From NCBI GenBank assembly GCA_947650745.1, contig CANSWM010000001.1:1589-65588 (forward strand): a stretch of DNA of 64,000 nt, written 5' to 3'. Made by a program: the position numbers and the translations under genes. Under the pieces are notes generated by a model. It searched no databases and had not been told where the DNA came from. It saw only the letters and a list, made by a program, of their open reading frames with translations. This DNA comes from an uncultured Clostridium sp. Its GTDB lineage: Bacteria > Bacillota > Clostridia > TANB77 > CAG-508. This document shows, piece after piece, positions 1-10,144 of the stretch; the stretch's first letter is position 1; the number at the start of each line of letters is the position of its first letter.

Positions 1-290
1 TTGCCTCTAATATATTGTCTCTTTAATTCTGTTCCTAATTTTAAGGGCAATATTCTTTCAATTTCTTTATCCTTTTTTATGATTTTGTCAATTTCAACAA
101 TTCTTGTTTCTGTATCAGCATGGTTATAATCTTCACATAAAAATTGATATCTTCCGTCTTCTTCCCCTCTTTTTATATATAAAATAGGTTTATCCTCTTC
201 TAATATGTGCCTACATGTTATACACATTTCATCAGGACTATCTTTCTTACTGTTGTTGTTTTCCTCTTTCTTTTTAAATAAATTAAACAA
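1..290 (-). CDS. hypothetical protein (partial; C-terminal part lies beyond window start)
   Basis: Minus-strand frame is open from TTG 290-288 (GGAGG at 304-300) to position 1: LFNLFKKKEENNNSKKDSPDEMCITCRHILEEDKPILYIKRGEEDGRYQFLCEDY... It is absent from the ORF track because it is truncated. Confidence 0.35.
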   Translation of the reverse strand, partial: MFNLFKKKEENNNSKKDSPDEMCITCRHILEEDKPILYIKRGEEDGRYQFLCEDYNHADTETRIVEIDKIIKKDKEIERILPLKLGTELKRQYIRG

Positions 291-306
291 CTTTAATTAC
301 CTCCTT

Positions 307-783
307 TTAAATTGAATCTTGAATTTGCTCTAATCCTTGCTTATCTGTTTTCTTTATTGAAATAAGTGTAGCATTTGCAAATATTGATTCTATATTTTCT
401 TGGGCTTTTTTATCTGTATATTTAAAAGTAAATTCATAATCTTTTCTAATCTCAATATTATTTACTAAACTTTTTTGCACCTTTACTGTTTTTACTTCTT
501 CTTCTTGAAATTGTCTAATTGTTAAGTAGATATAGTTTTCATCATTACTACCAGCTACATTTAATACATTATATGTTTTTGTAAAAGTAGAATTTTCTGT
601 ATTATTGTTTACATCATTACTTATAGTATTAACCGGATTAGAACTAGTATTTTCAGTTTTAAAATTAAAATCTGCCCTATTTGTAACATCCTTTTCAATT
701 AAAATGTATACAGTGGCTACTCCAATAAGTATAATTAATACTACAATTAAAATTCCAATAAGTATCTTCTTATTTTTGTACAT
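307..783 (-). CDS. hypothetical membrane-anchored protein
   Basis: 158-aa ORF with one N-terminal TM helix (ILIGILIVVLIILIGVATVYILI) and an Asn/Thr-rich linker. No family recognised. Confidence 0.55.
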   Translation of the reverse strand: MYKNKKILIGILIVVLIILIGVATVYILIEKDVTNRADFNFKTENTSSNPVNTISNDVNNNTENSTFTKTYNVLNVAGSNDENYIYLTIRQFQEEEVKTVKVQKSLVNNIEIRKDYEFTFKYTDKKAQENIESIFANATLISIKKTDKQGLEQIQDSI

Positions 784-910
784 TTTACCACCACTTTACC
801 TTTCCTAATCGTTATAATAACATAAATAAGAGTAATTATCAATACTTCAAAAGGAGATAGCAATTAAACTATCTCCTTTGCAAGTTTCCACTTATATATT
901 TTTTTATTAT

Positions 911-1699
911 TTAATAAACATTTACACCTTTATTTAATAATTTATTACTTACTAAATAAGCCATAAAAATGTATATTGCATATACAAATATTCCAACCAT
1001 CATTGTACTTTTTACAGCATTTGAGCTAACTTCTATATTATTAAATATTGACATTATTTCTGAATTTAACATTCCTGCGATATAAAGTACTGATAATGAA
1101 ATTGCTGATAATATCATATATATTCCAAAACCAATTATAATAGATTTTATTGTTTTTAGATTATTTGATTTATGTCCTATTATAATTCCTAGTATCCCAG
1201 ATATTAGCATAAACAAAAACTCAAAAAATATGGTAATTACTAAAACTACTATTAAACTAAAAACTGAACTATTAAAGAAAATCGCTGACTGTTCTAAGGA
1301 ATTTTTTAGTTCTTGCCAAGAATTTTCATTTAAACATACAATAGCAAGACATGTAATTATAACAATAAACGAAGTTAGTAATGTAATTATTGCTGTTAAA
1401 ATTTTTGATAAAAATATTTTATTTTTGCTTACTGGAAGTGTATGAGTTAAATATGATTCATCTTTATAAACATTTTTTATGAATCTTGCCCAATTTCTCA
1501 TAAAGCAATTTATCAATATGTTTATTAACATTGCAATTACAATTCCTGAGCATATTTTATCTATTATTAACAATATTAAAGTTTGATGAACACTTTCAAC
1601 AGCTCTTGTAATTATTGAAAAGAAAATGGCCAAGATGTAGAATACTATCAAAGGTTTATAACACCATTTCAAATCGTATTTTAATAACTTTTTTAACAT
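911..1699 (-). CDS. ABC-2-type transporter permease (partner of the adjacent ATPase)
   Basis: 262-aa polytopic membrane ORF. Its start overlaps the stop of the upstream ATPase ORF (1693-1699). Confidence 0.6.
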   Translation of the reverse strand: MLKKLLKYDLKWCYKPLIVFYILAIFFSIITRAVESVHQTLILLIIDKICSGIVIAMLINILINCFMRNWARFIKNVYKDESYLTHTLPVSKNKIFLSKILTAIITLLTSFIVIITCLAIVCLNENSWQELKNSLEQSAIFFNSSVFSLIVVLVITIFFEFLFMLISGILGIIIGHKSNNLKTIKSIIIGFGIYMILSAISLSVLYIAGMLNSEIMSIFNNIEVSSNAVKSTMMVGIFVYAIYIFMAYLVSNKLLNKGVNVY

Positions 1700-2388
1700 T
1701 TAAAACACCTCCTAAATATTTCGTCTATTGAAGCATTTTCTTTTGTTCTTAGTTCATCTGCTGCTGATGTTAAAATAATTTTACCTTTGTCAATAAAAAT
1801 GACTTCGTCTAATATTCTTTCAATATCACTTATTAAATGTGTTGATATAATTACACTTGCTCCTTGGTTAAAATTTGAAAGAATTGTATCTAGAATATAG
1901 TCTCTTGTTGCTGGGTCTATTCCTCCTAAAGGTTCATCTAAAATATAAAGCTCTGCTTCTCTACTCATAACTAATATTAGTTGTAATTTTTCTTGCATTC
2001 CTTTTGACATTTTGCTTATTTTTATATTTATGTCTAAATTTAAATCTTTTAACAACTTGTTTGCTTTTTCTTTGCTAAAGTCATCATAAAATTCCTCAAA
2101 AAATGTTAGTATTTGTGAAATTGTCATACTTTTATCTAAATATGTTCTTTCAGGTAAATATGATATGATTTTTTTAGAATTTATACCAGGCTTTTCTCCA
2201 TTAATTAGTATTTCTCCACTTGAAGGAGTTAACAAATCATTCATTAATTTTATTAATGTGGTTTTTCCCATTCCGTTTTTCCCAAGTAATCCTATAATTT
2301 TTCCTCTTGGAATGGTTAGATTAATATTATCTAGAATTTTTTTATTATCAAATTCTTTGTATAAATTATTACACTTAACTAATTCCAT
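1693..2388 (-). CDS. ABC transporter ATP-binding protein
   Basis: Walker A GKNGMGKTT, signature MSKGMQEKL, Walker B LYILDEP. Confidence 0.9.
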   Translation of the reverse strand: MELVKCNNLYKEFDNKKILDNINLTIPRGKIIGLLGKNGMGKTTLIKLMNDLLTPSSGEILINGEKPGINSKKIISYLPERTYLDKSMTISQILTFFEEFYDDFSKEKANKLLKDLNLDINIKISKMSKGMQEKLQLILVMSREAELYILDEPLGGIDPATRDYILDTILSNFNQGASVIISTHLISDIERILDEVIFIDKGKIILTSAADELRTKENASIDEIFRRCFKC

Positions 2389-2749
2389 CTTTACCTCCTA
2401 ATTCTTGCAAGTAACTTACTGCAGAATCGTAACTTATGCCTATGCTTTTCATACTATTAAGATAATTATTGACTTTTTCTTTTGCTAAATCTTTTTTTAT
2501 CTTTTCAATTAGCTTTTCATCTTCTGTTACATATTTTCCATTTGTTCTTTCTGTAAAAATTAATTTTTCATTTTCTAGTTCTACTAATGCTTTTTGCATT
2601 GTGTTAGGATTAACCTTCATTATAAGTGCTAGCTCTCTTACAGGAGGTAATTTTTCCCCTTTTTTAAACTTACCAGAAACTATATAGGTTCTTATCATTT
2701 CAACTAACTGAATATATATTGGTCTTTCATTATCAAAAATATAGTTCAT
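2375..2749 (-). CDS. GntR (YtrA-subfamily) transcriptional regulator
   Basis: 124-aa ORF with winged-HTH segment LPPVRELALIMKVNPNTMQKAL. It overlaps the downstream ABC ATPase, the usual YtrA-ABC operon layout. Confidence 0.85.
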   Translation of the reverse strand: MNYIFDNERPIYIQLVEMIRTYIVSGKFKKGEKLPPVRELALIMKVNPNTMQKALVELENEKLIFTERTNGKYVTEDEKLIEKIKKDLAKEKVNNYLNSMKSIGISYDSAVSYLQELGGKDGIS

Positions 2750-2907
2750 AAGTATCTCCCTTCATTATTGTATTACTTGCTTAATACAATAATACTATTT
2801 TGTTTTTAATTTGTCAAGAAAAATACTTAAAATTTCTAATTTTTTGTAACTAATCAGAGGTAAAATATAAAGGAAATGATGTAGGCGCAACTAGTGGTAT
2901 ACTTCAA

Positions 2908-3996
2908 TTATTTAAGTGATGAGCTATTATTAATTAGCATTACACTATATTCAAATAAAATGTCTTTATCTGTAAATTCTATGTATTTACTTAATATTTT
3001 AGGTGATATATATCTTGTGTCAATTACTGTTATTTTACTATATTCTTCTACTAACAATGGAACTAGGCTGCTTCCATATGAATCTCTAAAAACAATTAAC
3101 TCTTTATTTGTATTATTATTTGGATTTTCTATTGTTAGCAGCGATACTGCTCCTGATAGATATATATCATATTTGTCTTGTGAATTTATTTTATCTATAT
3201 CATATATTTTAGTTTTATTATTTTTTTCATAATTATATACTACACAACTTTCTATTTCTTCATTTGTTAATATTCGTATTTCATCTTCTCCGGAATCTAA
3301 AGGAAATTGTCCTGAATAAACGCCTTTAAAACTAGTTATTTTCTTTTCTTCATATGTAGTTTTTCTAGTTAAGTGCATTTTGTTTTTTATTTTACTTACT
3401 ACATTTTGTAATTTTTCTTGCTTCCAATGTGAATCTGTGGAATAGTAGCTAGATAGCTCCAACTCATCAAATATATCAATATATTCTGCCCATTCCAAAT
3501 TATTCTTCATTATTTTTTTCATTTTTTCATAATCTAATTTTAAATTATTTTCATTTATAAAATAATTTTTATCTGGAACAATTGTATAATAAATTTTATT
3601 ATTTTTTTTTAAATATAATTTGTTTATTTCATTCATTTTATTGGTTATATTTATAACTGATTTTTCGTTTAATGGATAGATTTGTTCTATCAATTTTTCA
3701 TTATATTTATATATATTATTACTATCTTGTTTTTTTAATATATTTATTTCTATATTTGTTTTTAATTTTCTAAATTCTTCTCTTTGAATAAATTGATCCA
3801 TAGTGTATGTATCAAATTTTTCAAAAAAACTCCCATTAAATAGCTCACTAATTGAAAAATGTGGAAATTCCTGCAATTTTCTTCTTTCTGCTGATGATAT
3901 TGTTTTATCTTTTTTTATTATATTTATAACAAGCATTATAATAATGAGGCATAAAAAGCATGTTGTTACTACTATATTTTTTAGTTTATCATTCAT
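2908..3996 (-). CDS. DHHW-family protein (accessory to MBOAT O-acyltransferase)
   Basis: N-terminal TM helix and YYSTDSHW motif. It lies immediately downstream of an MBOAT gene. Confidence 0.75.
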   Translation of the reverse strand: MNDKLKNIVVTTCFLCLIIIMLVINIIKKDKTISSAERRKLQEFPHFSISELFNGSFFEKFDTYTMDQFIQREEFRKLKTNIEINILKKQDSNNIYKYNEKLIEQIYPLNEKSVINITNKMNEINKLYLKKNNKIYYTIVPDKNYFINENNLKLDYEKMKKIMKNNLEWAEYIDIFDELELSSYYSTDSHWKQEKLQNVVSKIKNKMHLTRKTTYEEKKITSFKGVYSGQFPLDSGEDEIRILTNEEIESCVVYNYEKNNKTKIYDIDKINSQDKYDIYLSGAVSLLTIENPNNNTNKELIVFRDSYGSSLVPLLVEEYSKITVIDTRYISPKILSKYIEFTDKDILFEYSVMLINNSSSLK

Positions 3997-4007
3997 TTTT
4001 CTACCTC

Positions 4008-5399
4008 CTAAAATCTAAAATATAAAAATGGATTATATGAATTATCTACTAAATAAGCTGTAACTACTAAAATTAAAGCAACAATTATTATCGGTTCTAA
4101 AATATTTAGTATTTTATTTATTTTTTCATTCATTTTTAATTTTAATATAACATTTTTTAGAATTGGTGTTGCTCCAATAATTGCAATTAATATAACAATA
4201 AAATAACTTCTTAAATGATATATTGTATATTTATTTATAAAATTTTCTCCATTTGCTCCAAATAAGCCTATTATATTTTGCCATGCTTCCATCATATTTT
4301 CTGAATTAAATATCACAAAACTTATCATAACAATAAATAACACATAAATTCTTTTAAAAAAATTTGGCCATTTTTCTAAACATTTTCCTAAAAATACTTT
4401 TTCTATAATAAGAATAATTCCAAACATTAATCCCCATATAACAAAATTCCAACTTGCTCCATGCCAAATTCCTGTAAGCATCCATACTATTAATATGTTT
4501 CTAATTTGTTTCTTTAGTCCTTTTCTATTTCCTCCAAGTGGTATATATACATAATCTTTAAACCAAGAACTCAAAGATATATGCCATCTTCTCCAAAATT
4601 CTGTTATGCTTTTTGAAACATACGGATAATTAAAATTCTCTAAAAAGTGAAATCCAAATATTCTTCCTAGACCTATTGCCATATCTGAATATGCTGAAAA
4701 GTCAAAGTAAATTTGTAACATATAGCTAATAGCAAATATCCAATAAAATAATATACTTTTTTCATCTGCGCTAGTAAATTTAGTACATAATTCTCCTAAC
4801 ATATTTGCTAAGAGAACCTTTTTACTAAGACCTATTGTAAATCTTTCTACTCCATAAGCAAAATTTTCAAAATTATGCTCTCTTTTATCTAGTTCTTTTT
4901 CTATTGTTTCATACCTTACAATTGGACCTGCGATTAACTGTGGAAACAATGATACATATGTTGCAAGTTTTAAAAAATTTTTTTGTACTTTTACTTTGCC
5001 TCTATATACATCTATTACATAACTTAAAATTTGGAATGTATAAAATGATATTCCTATTGGTAGGGCTATTTTTAATGCTAAAATATTAGTATGTAATATG
5101 CTATTTACATTTGTTATTATAAAATCTGTATATTTAAATATGCATAATAGACCAATATGTATGAGTATTGTTATAACTAATAGGCTTTTTTTCTTATACT
5201 TATCTATTAATATTGCTCCAATATATGCTATTAAGATTTCAGATAGCATTAGAAAAATATATTTAGGTTCTCCATAAAAATAAAATAAAATTGAAGTAAT
5301 AAATAATATAAAATTACGCATTTTTTTAGGTACTGCGAAATATAAAATAATAACTACAGGTAAAAAATAATACAAAAAACTTACACTTGTAAATAACAT
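4008..5399 (-). CDS. MBOAT-family membrane O-acyltransferase (AlgI/DltB-like)
   Basis: 463-aa polytopic protein with WRRWHISLSSWFKDYVYIPLGGNR and TGIWHGASW (conserved His region of MBOAT). Confidence 0.9.
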   Translation of the reverse strand: MLFTSVSFLYYFLPVVIILYFAVPKKMRNFILFITSILFYFYGEPKYIFLMLSEILIAYIGAILIDKYKKKSLLVITILIHIGLLCIFKYTDFIITNVNSILHTNILALKIALPIGISFYTFQILSYVIDVYRGKVKVQKNFLKLATYVSLFPQLIAGPIVRYETIEKELDKREHNFENFAYGVERFTIGLSKKVLLANMLGELCTKFTSADEKSILFYWIFAISYMLQIYFDFSAYSDMAIGLGRIFGFHFLENFNYPYVSKSITEFWRRWHISLSSWFKDYVYIPLGGNRKGLKKQIRNILIVWMLTGIWHGASWNFVIWGLMFGIILIIEKVFLGKCLEKWPNFFKRIYVLFIVMISFVIFNSENMMEAWQNIIGLFGANGENFINKYTIYHLRSYFIVILIAIIGATPILKNVILKLKMNEKINKILNILEPIIIVALILVVTAYLVDNSYNPFLYFRF

Positions 5400-5471
5400 T
5401 TTTCCTCCTCTTTAGATTAACAATAAAGCTTCCATTTTTTTGGAAGCTTATCTACATCATATTATTTAAAA

Positions 5472-6044
5472 TTAAAGTTCTGGTGGTAAATCAAAATCTA
5501 ATTCTTCAGATTTTTCTAATTCTTTTCCTATATCATTTCCAACAAAATTTTTAAATTCATTATATACTGGTTTTGCCCATTCTTCGCTAGACATTACTAA
5601 GAATATAATATTTTCATAATTTGTAATATATAATTTTTCTGCTGAAACACATATCCATCTTCTCATGTCTATATTATCAAACATTTCTTGTTTCATTTGC
5701 TCTACATTTGCTTTTTCATTTACCTTAACAACTGCTAATGAATATGCTTGTGAACTCATAAATGGTACTGATACCACTAATTCCTCTACATTTTCGTTTG
5801 ATTTTAATCCAGTAAAAGTTGCAAGTTGCATTTCGTCTGAAACATCTATTACAGCTGTTTCTAATTCTGGTAATTCTACTTTACCACTAGAATAAATAGT
5901 ATTAATCATATTTTGCATTTCTTCTGCTGTTTGAAGTTTTAATTCTTTGTTTTCTCCATCTTTAGATTTTACAAATATAATGCCTGCTACTATAATAACT
6001 ATAATTGCTAATATTGCAATTATTATAATTGCTGTTTTTTTCAT
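5472..6044 (-). CDS. DUF4358-like exported protein
   Basis: 190-aa ORF with an N-terminal TM/signal anchor. Its position upstream of MBOAT/DHHW is typical for this family. Assignment is from memory of the family, not a search. Confidence 0.5.
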   Translation of the reverse strand: MKKTAIIIIAILAIIVIIVAGIIFVKSKDGENKELKLQTAEEMQNMINTIYSSGKVELPELETAVIDVSDEMQLATFTGLKSNENVEELVVSVPFMSSQAYSLAVVKVNEKANVEQMKQEMFDNIDMRRWICVSAEKLYITNYENIIFLVMSSEEWAKPVYNEFKNFVGNDIGKELEKSEELDFDLPPEL

Positions 6045-6132
6045 TTTTTCCTCCTTTTAAATCTTATGTTTTAATATGATTTGATTATATTACATTAATC
6101 ATTATTTGTAAATATATAATTGTCCATTTTAT

Positions 6133-7347
6133 TTATTTTTCTAGATACATTACATCAATATCTACATCTCCTTTAATTCCTTTTACTCTTCCTATGCTAC
6201 TCATTTGCCAAATCGAATATTCTCCATTGTATGTTGCTTTATTATTATACTGCGCCAACCATGTTTCATGATTTGTTGGATACCATATTTTTTCTAAATA
6301 TGTTTTGCTACTATATAACATTCCTTTATATCCTGATTCTTCTAAAATGTCTAAAAAGGTATTTGCTACTTTATTTATTGTATTAAGGCTCATTCCTGCT
6401 CCATTAAATGAATTCCAACTTTCCCAGTCAAAAGCTACTGGTAGGTCAATTTCATAATCTTTTAAGTGTTCTTTTACCCAATTTGCTTGCTCTATTGCCT
6501 GATTTACATTTTTTGCATAAGAATAAAAGTAAATTCCAACAGGTATTCCTGCTGCCTTTGCTCCTTCTATATTTGCAACAAAATATGGGTCTTCTACATA
6601 ATCTCCATCATAGTCTGTTTGATATCCTACTCTAATCATTGCAAATTCTATTCCATCTTCTTTTACTTCTTGCCAATTTATTTCACCTTGCCATTTAGAA
6701 ACATCTATACCTATTTTTGTTTTTTCTGTTTTATAATTGTTCAAAACATCTGATAATTCAAGCGTTTCAGTCTTTGGTTTTGGCCTATTTGTGGTTGTAG
6801 TTTTTTCTTTTACATAAAGTGTAAATTCTTGTTTTGCCTCATTTCCACTTGAATCTGTTACAACATATGTTAATTTATAATTTCCAACAGTGTTAAAATC
6901 ATATTCTCCTAATATTTCTCTTCTAGGGTTATCATCAATATCATCTGCGCTCAATAGTACCTGTGTTAAGTCTTTATTATTTCCAACTTCTACTGAATAT
7001 GAACTGCCACTAAAAATTTTTGGTGCATTTACATCTACTACTTTTATTACAAACTCAGATTTTCTTTTTTTATTTTTTATATTTTTGAAATCAAATGTAA
7101 CTTTAATTTCTCCTAAATTTTCTGTATTTATTTCATTATCTTCAATTAAACTTCCATTAATGTTTTCTATGAAATCAGATATTTTTGCCTTTTTTCCATA
7201 TTCAATAGTCATATTCTCTTTTAATGTAATCGCCTCTTTATCTAACCTTTTATTTTCTTGTTCGTCAATGTATAGCCATACTCCAATGCCTGCTACTAAT
7301 ATAATTATTAGTAATATCACAAATATAATTATTTTTTTCATATACAC
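6133..7347 (-). CDS. GH25 family lysozyme (muramidase) with N-terminal anchor and Ig-like region
   Basis: C-terminal domain has IGIDVSKWQGEINWQEVKEDGIEFAMIRVGY ... VAFDWESW, characteristic of GH25. N-terminal TM helix. Confidence 0.85.
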   Translation of the reverse strand: MYMKKIIIFVILLIIILVAGIGVWLYIDEQENKRLDKEAITLKENMTIEYGKKAKISDFIENINGSLIEDNEINTENLGEIKVTFDFKNIKNKKRKSEFVIKVVDVNAPKIFSGSSYSVEVGNNKDLTQVLLSADDIDDNPRREILGEYDFNTVGNYKLTYVVTDSSGNEAKQEFTLYVKEKTTTTNRPKPKTETLELSDVLNNYKTEKTKIGIDVSKWQGEINWQEVKEDGIEFAMIRVGYQTDYDGDYVEDPYFVANIEGAKAAGIPVGIYFYSYAKNVNQAIEQANWVKEHLKDYEIDLPVAFDWESWNSFNGAGMSLNTINKVANTFLDILEESGYKGMLYSSKTYLEKIWYPTNHETWLAQYNNKATYNGEYSIWQMSSIGRVKGIKGDVDIDVMYLEK

Positions 7348-7534
7348 TCTCTTTTCTATAAAGTAATTTTATTAATAATAACATATAAGCAAATAATCTG
7401 CAACCAATTATTTTCTTTTAAACATCTACATCTTAACTTTGTAACAACTTAAACGCCTTGGAGAGCAGAATGCAAAAAAATAATATAGAATCTACCCGTT
7501 GCAGAACATTATTCAATTTCAAACCTCTGAATAG

Positions 7535-9016
7535 CTACTCTAAATGTATAATTTTGGTTGCAACATTTTTTATAAAAGTTTCGTCATGCTCTACAAATAT
7601 AATTGTAGGTTTATATCTTATAACAGCTTCTTCTATTTGCATTCTTGTTAAAATATCTATATAATTAAGTGGTTCATCCCATATATAAAGATTGGCACTT
7701 TCTGAAATACTTTTAGCAATTAAAATCTTTTTCTTTTGCCCTTCACTCATTTCTTCTATGTTTTTATTAAATTCTAAGTTTGAAACTCCCATTTTAGATA
7801 ACATGGCTTTAAAAATGCTCTCATTTATTTTATTTTTAATCGCAAATTCTTTTAAATTTCCAGATAAATTTTCTGTGCTTTGTGATACATAGGATAGTTT
7901 TAAATCATTTACAATCTTTAAATTTCCTTCATATTGTATTTCATTTCCTAGAATTAATTTTAATATACTAGATTTTCCCACACCGTTTTTCCCTGTAATT
8001 GCAACTCTTTCTTCGTTTTTTATTTCAAATGATATTTTATTAAATATTTCTTTATTGTCATATTTTATCTGAAAATCATTAGCTATTATTAATGGATTTC
8101 TTTTGTTTTCTAATGGCAAAATTTTTAATGTATCATTTCTATCAATATTTTTTAATAAGCTTGTCTTCTCCTCTATAGCATTTTCAATTCTTTTTTCCAT
8201 AACTTTTGACTTTTTCATCATTTTGGCTGCTTGATGACCTACATATCCTCTATCTATACTTGAGCCTGAGTTTGTTGTATTATATTTAGATTTTTCTATT
8301 TTATCTGACCAATTTGTTGTATTTCTTGCTGCTATTTCTAATCTATTTATATCTTTAGTTAGTTTTTCATTTTGAGTTAATTCAAAATTATCTCTAGCAG
8401 CTTTATTTTGTTGCCATGAAGAAAAATTCCCCTTTTGAATTTCTATATTAGTATTATTTATGGAAATAATGTGATCTACAACTTTATCTAAGAATTCTCT
8501 ATCATGAGATACTAATATAAAACCACTTTTCTTTTTTAAGTATTCTGCTAAATTATTTCTTGTTTCGATATCTAAATGATTTGTAGGCTCATCAATAAGT
8601 AAAAATTTATTACCTTTTAAAAATAAACTTACTAGAAGAATTTTAACTTGTTCTCCTCCACTTAAATTATTAAAATCTCTATAAAGTACTTCTGGGTCAG
8701 TATTTAATAAATTTAATTCTTTTATAATTTCCCAGTCTTCACTATTTGGTGTTATCTCATTAACAATTTCTATTGCCATTCTTTCTTTATCTTTTACTTC
8801 AAACGGAAAATATTCAAAATCGGTCACTTTGGATATTATTCCTGTATATTCATATTTTCCTAGTAATAGTTTCAAAAATGTGGTTTTTCCCTTTCCATTT
8901 CTTCCAATTAATCCTAATTTCCAATTTGTATCTATATTAAACGTAACATTTTCAAATACATTGTGGTTACTACCTTCATATCGAAATGTTAAATTATTTA
9001 CATTTATTAAAGACAT
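7535..9016 (-). CDS. ABC-F ribosomal-protection-type ATPase, Lsa-like
   Basis: 493 aa with two ABC cassettes and no TM domain. N-terminus ...NIDTNWKLGLIGRNGKGKTTFLKLL resembles Lsa family members. Has LSGGE signature, Walker B LLIDEPTNHLD and an inter-domain linker. Confidence 0.85.
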   Translation of the reverse strand: MSLINVNNLTFRYEGSNHNVFENVTFNIDTNWKLGLIGRNGKGKTTFLKLLLGKYEYTGIISKVTDFEYFPFEVKDKERMAIEIVNEITPNSEDWEIIKELNLLNTDPEVLYRDFNNLSGGEQVKILLVSLFLKGNKFLLIDEPTNHLDIETRNNLAEYLKKKSGFILVSHDREFLDKVVDHIISINNTNIEIQKGNFSSWQQNKAARDNFELTQNEKLTKDINRLEIAARNTTNWSDKIEKSKYNTTNSGSSIDRGYVGHQAAKMMKKSKVMEKRIENAIEEKTSLLKNIDRNDTLKILPLENKRNPLIIANDFQIKYDNKEIFNKISFEIKNEERVAITGKNGVGKSSILKLILGNEIQYEGNLKIVNDLKLSYVSQSTENLSGNLKEFAIKNKINESIFKAMLSKMGVSNLEFNKNIEEMSEGQKKKILIAKSISESANLYIWDEPLNYIDILTRMQIEEAVIRYKPTIIFVEHDETFIKNVATKIIHLE

Positions 9017-9105
9017 TTCTTCACCATCTTTTCCTTATTGTTTTATTTAAATCATTATAGCATATCTACTAAAAATACAAAACACTTTTTAAAATTTTAA
9101 ATTTA

Positions 9106-9154
9106 TTAAGTAGAAGATTGTACTTTTATAATTAAAATACAATCTTCTACTTAA
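9106..9154 (-). terminator. 17-bp perfect stem hairpin between the DUF1893 operon and the ABC-F gene (terminator or attenuator)
   Basis: ttaagtagaagattgta (9106-9122) pairs with tacaatcttctacttaa (9138-9154). AT-rich tail on the minus strand. Confidence 0.5.
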
Positions 9155-9165
9155 TAAATTATTTC

Positions 9166-9573
9166 TTATATATTTAGCATTTCGTTATAAATCTTAGAAA
9201 TATCTTTTTCATCTTTATATTTATTTTCCATAGGGCACATTCTTGTTTTTTCATTATTTTGAATATAATCGGTTAAGGTTTTATATTCAAATTTTACATT
9301 ATTTTCTTCTAATACTGAAATTGCATATTTACTCATCACATCCGCATAAATTTCTTTAACTCCTGCTAATACTAAAATGGAACCTGCTACTTTTCCTATC
9401 ACTTTATCTGCTATTATTGCATCTTTTAATGCATTTTTATCTTTGTTTAGTATTTCTTTTATATCTTTTATACGATTTTGGTAATATTCTTTGCAGTTTC
9501 CGTTTTTATATAATACAACTAAACTCGCACCTGTTTTATATAATTTTTCTTTTACTAATTCTAACTTAGTCAT
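9166..9573 (-). CDS. DUF1893 (TM1506-like) domain protein
   Basis: 135 aa. ADKVIGKVAGSILVLAGVKEIYADVMS and C-terminal RMCPMEN resemble the family consensus as I recall it. Confidence 0.6.
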   Translation of the reverse strand: MTKLELVKEKLYKTGASLVVLYKNGNCKEYYQNRIKDIKEILNKDKNALKDAIIADKVIGKVAGSILVLAGVKEIYADVMSKYAISVLEENNVKFEYKTLTDYIQNNEKTRMCPMENKYKDEKDISKIYNEMLNI

Positions 9574-10132
9574 TTTTTAATTTCAACCTTTTATTCATTT
9601 CTTTTGTAATAAATGGAATGCATATTAGCTGTATAATTATACCGGGTACTCCTATTTTTATACTTTCAATTACTGAAATTCCATAACTAGAAAAATTAAA
9701 AACATTAACAGCTGCAAATAATATACCAGCATATAAAATTCTTCCTAAAATTATTGTACCAATTAATGATATATATGAATTATATTTTTTGTTAAATATG
9801 CTAAGAAGCACACCATATATTAAAAGTTCTATTAACATATATGGTAATCTTTCTTGAGATGGCATGCCTGTAAGTAAATAGCTAAATATTACTGAGATTC
9901 CTGCAACAACTAAACTACTTGTTGTTCCAAATGTTAATGCAGCAATTAAAATAGCAAAGTGCATTGGTAAAAATACTTGCCCTGCTGAGCTTCCTTGTAA
10001 AATATGAAATATTCTAGGAAGTGCTATTCCTATTCCACTTAAAAGAATAGTTCCAATTATATATTTAGCTTTTCTCTTGGATAATATTTCAGATAAGCTT
10101 TTTTGTTTTTTTATGTTTTCTATTTTTTCCAT
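9566..10132 (-). CDS. polytopic membrane protein, possibly an ECF-transporter S component
   Basis: 188 aa with about 5-6 TM helices. Overlaps the downstream DUF1893 gene. Confidence 0.45.
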   Translation of the reverse strand: MEKIENIKKQKSLSEILSKRKAKYIIGTILLSGIGIALPRIFHILQGSSAGQVFLPMHFAILIAALTFGTTSSLVVAGISVIFSYLLTGMPSQERLPYMLIELLIYGVLLSIFNKKYNSYISLIGTIILGRILYAGILFAAVNVFNFSSYGISVIESIKIGVPGIIIQLICIPFITKEMNKRLKLKND

Positions 10133-10144
10133 ATTAAATTCCTC

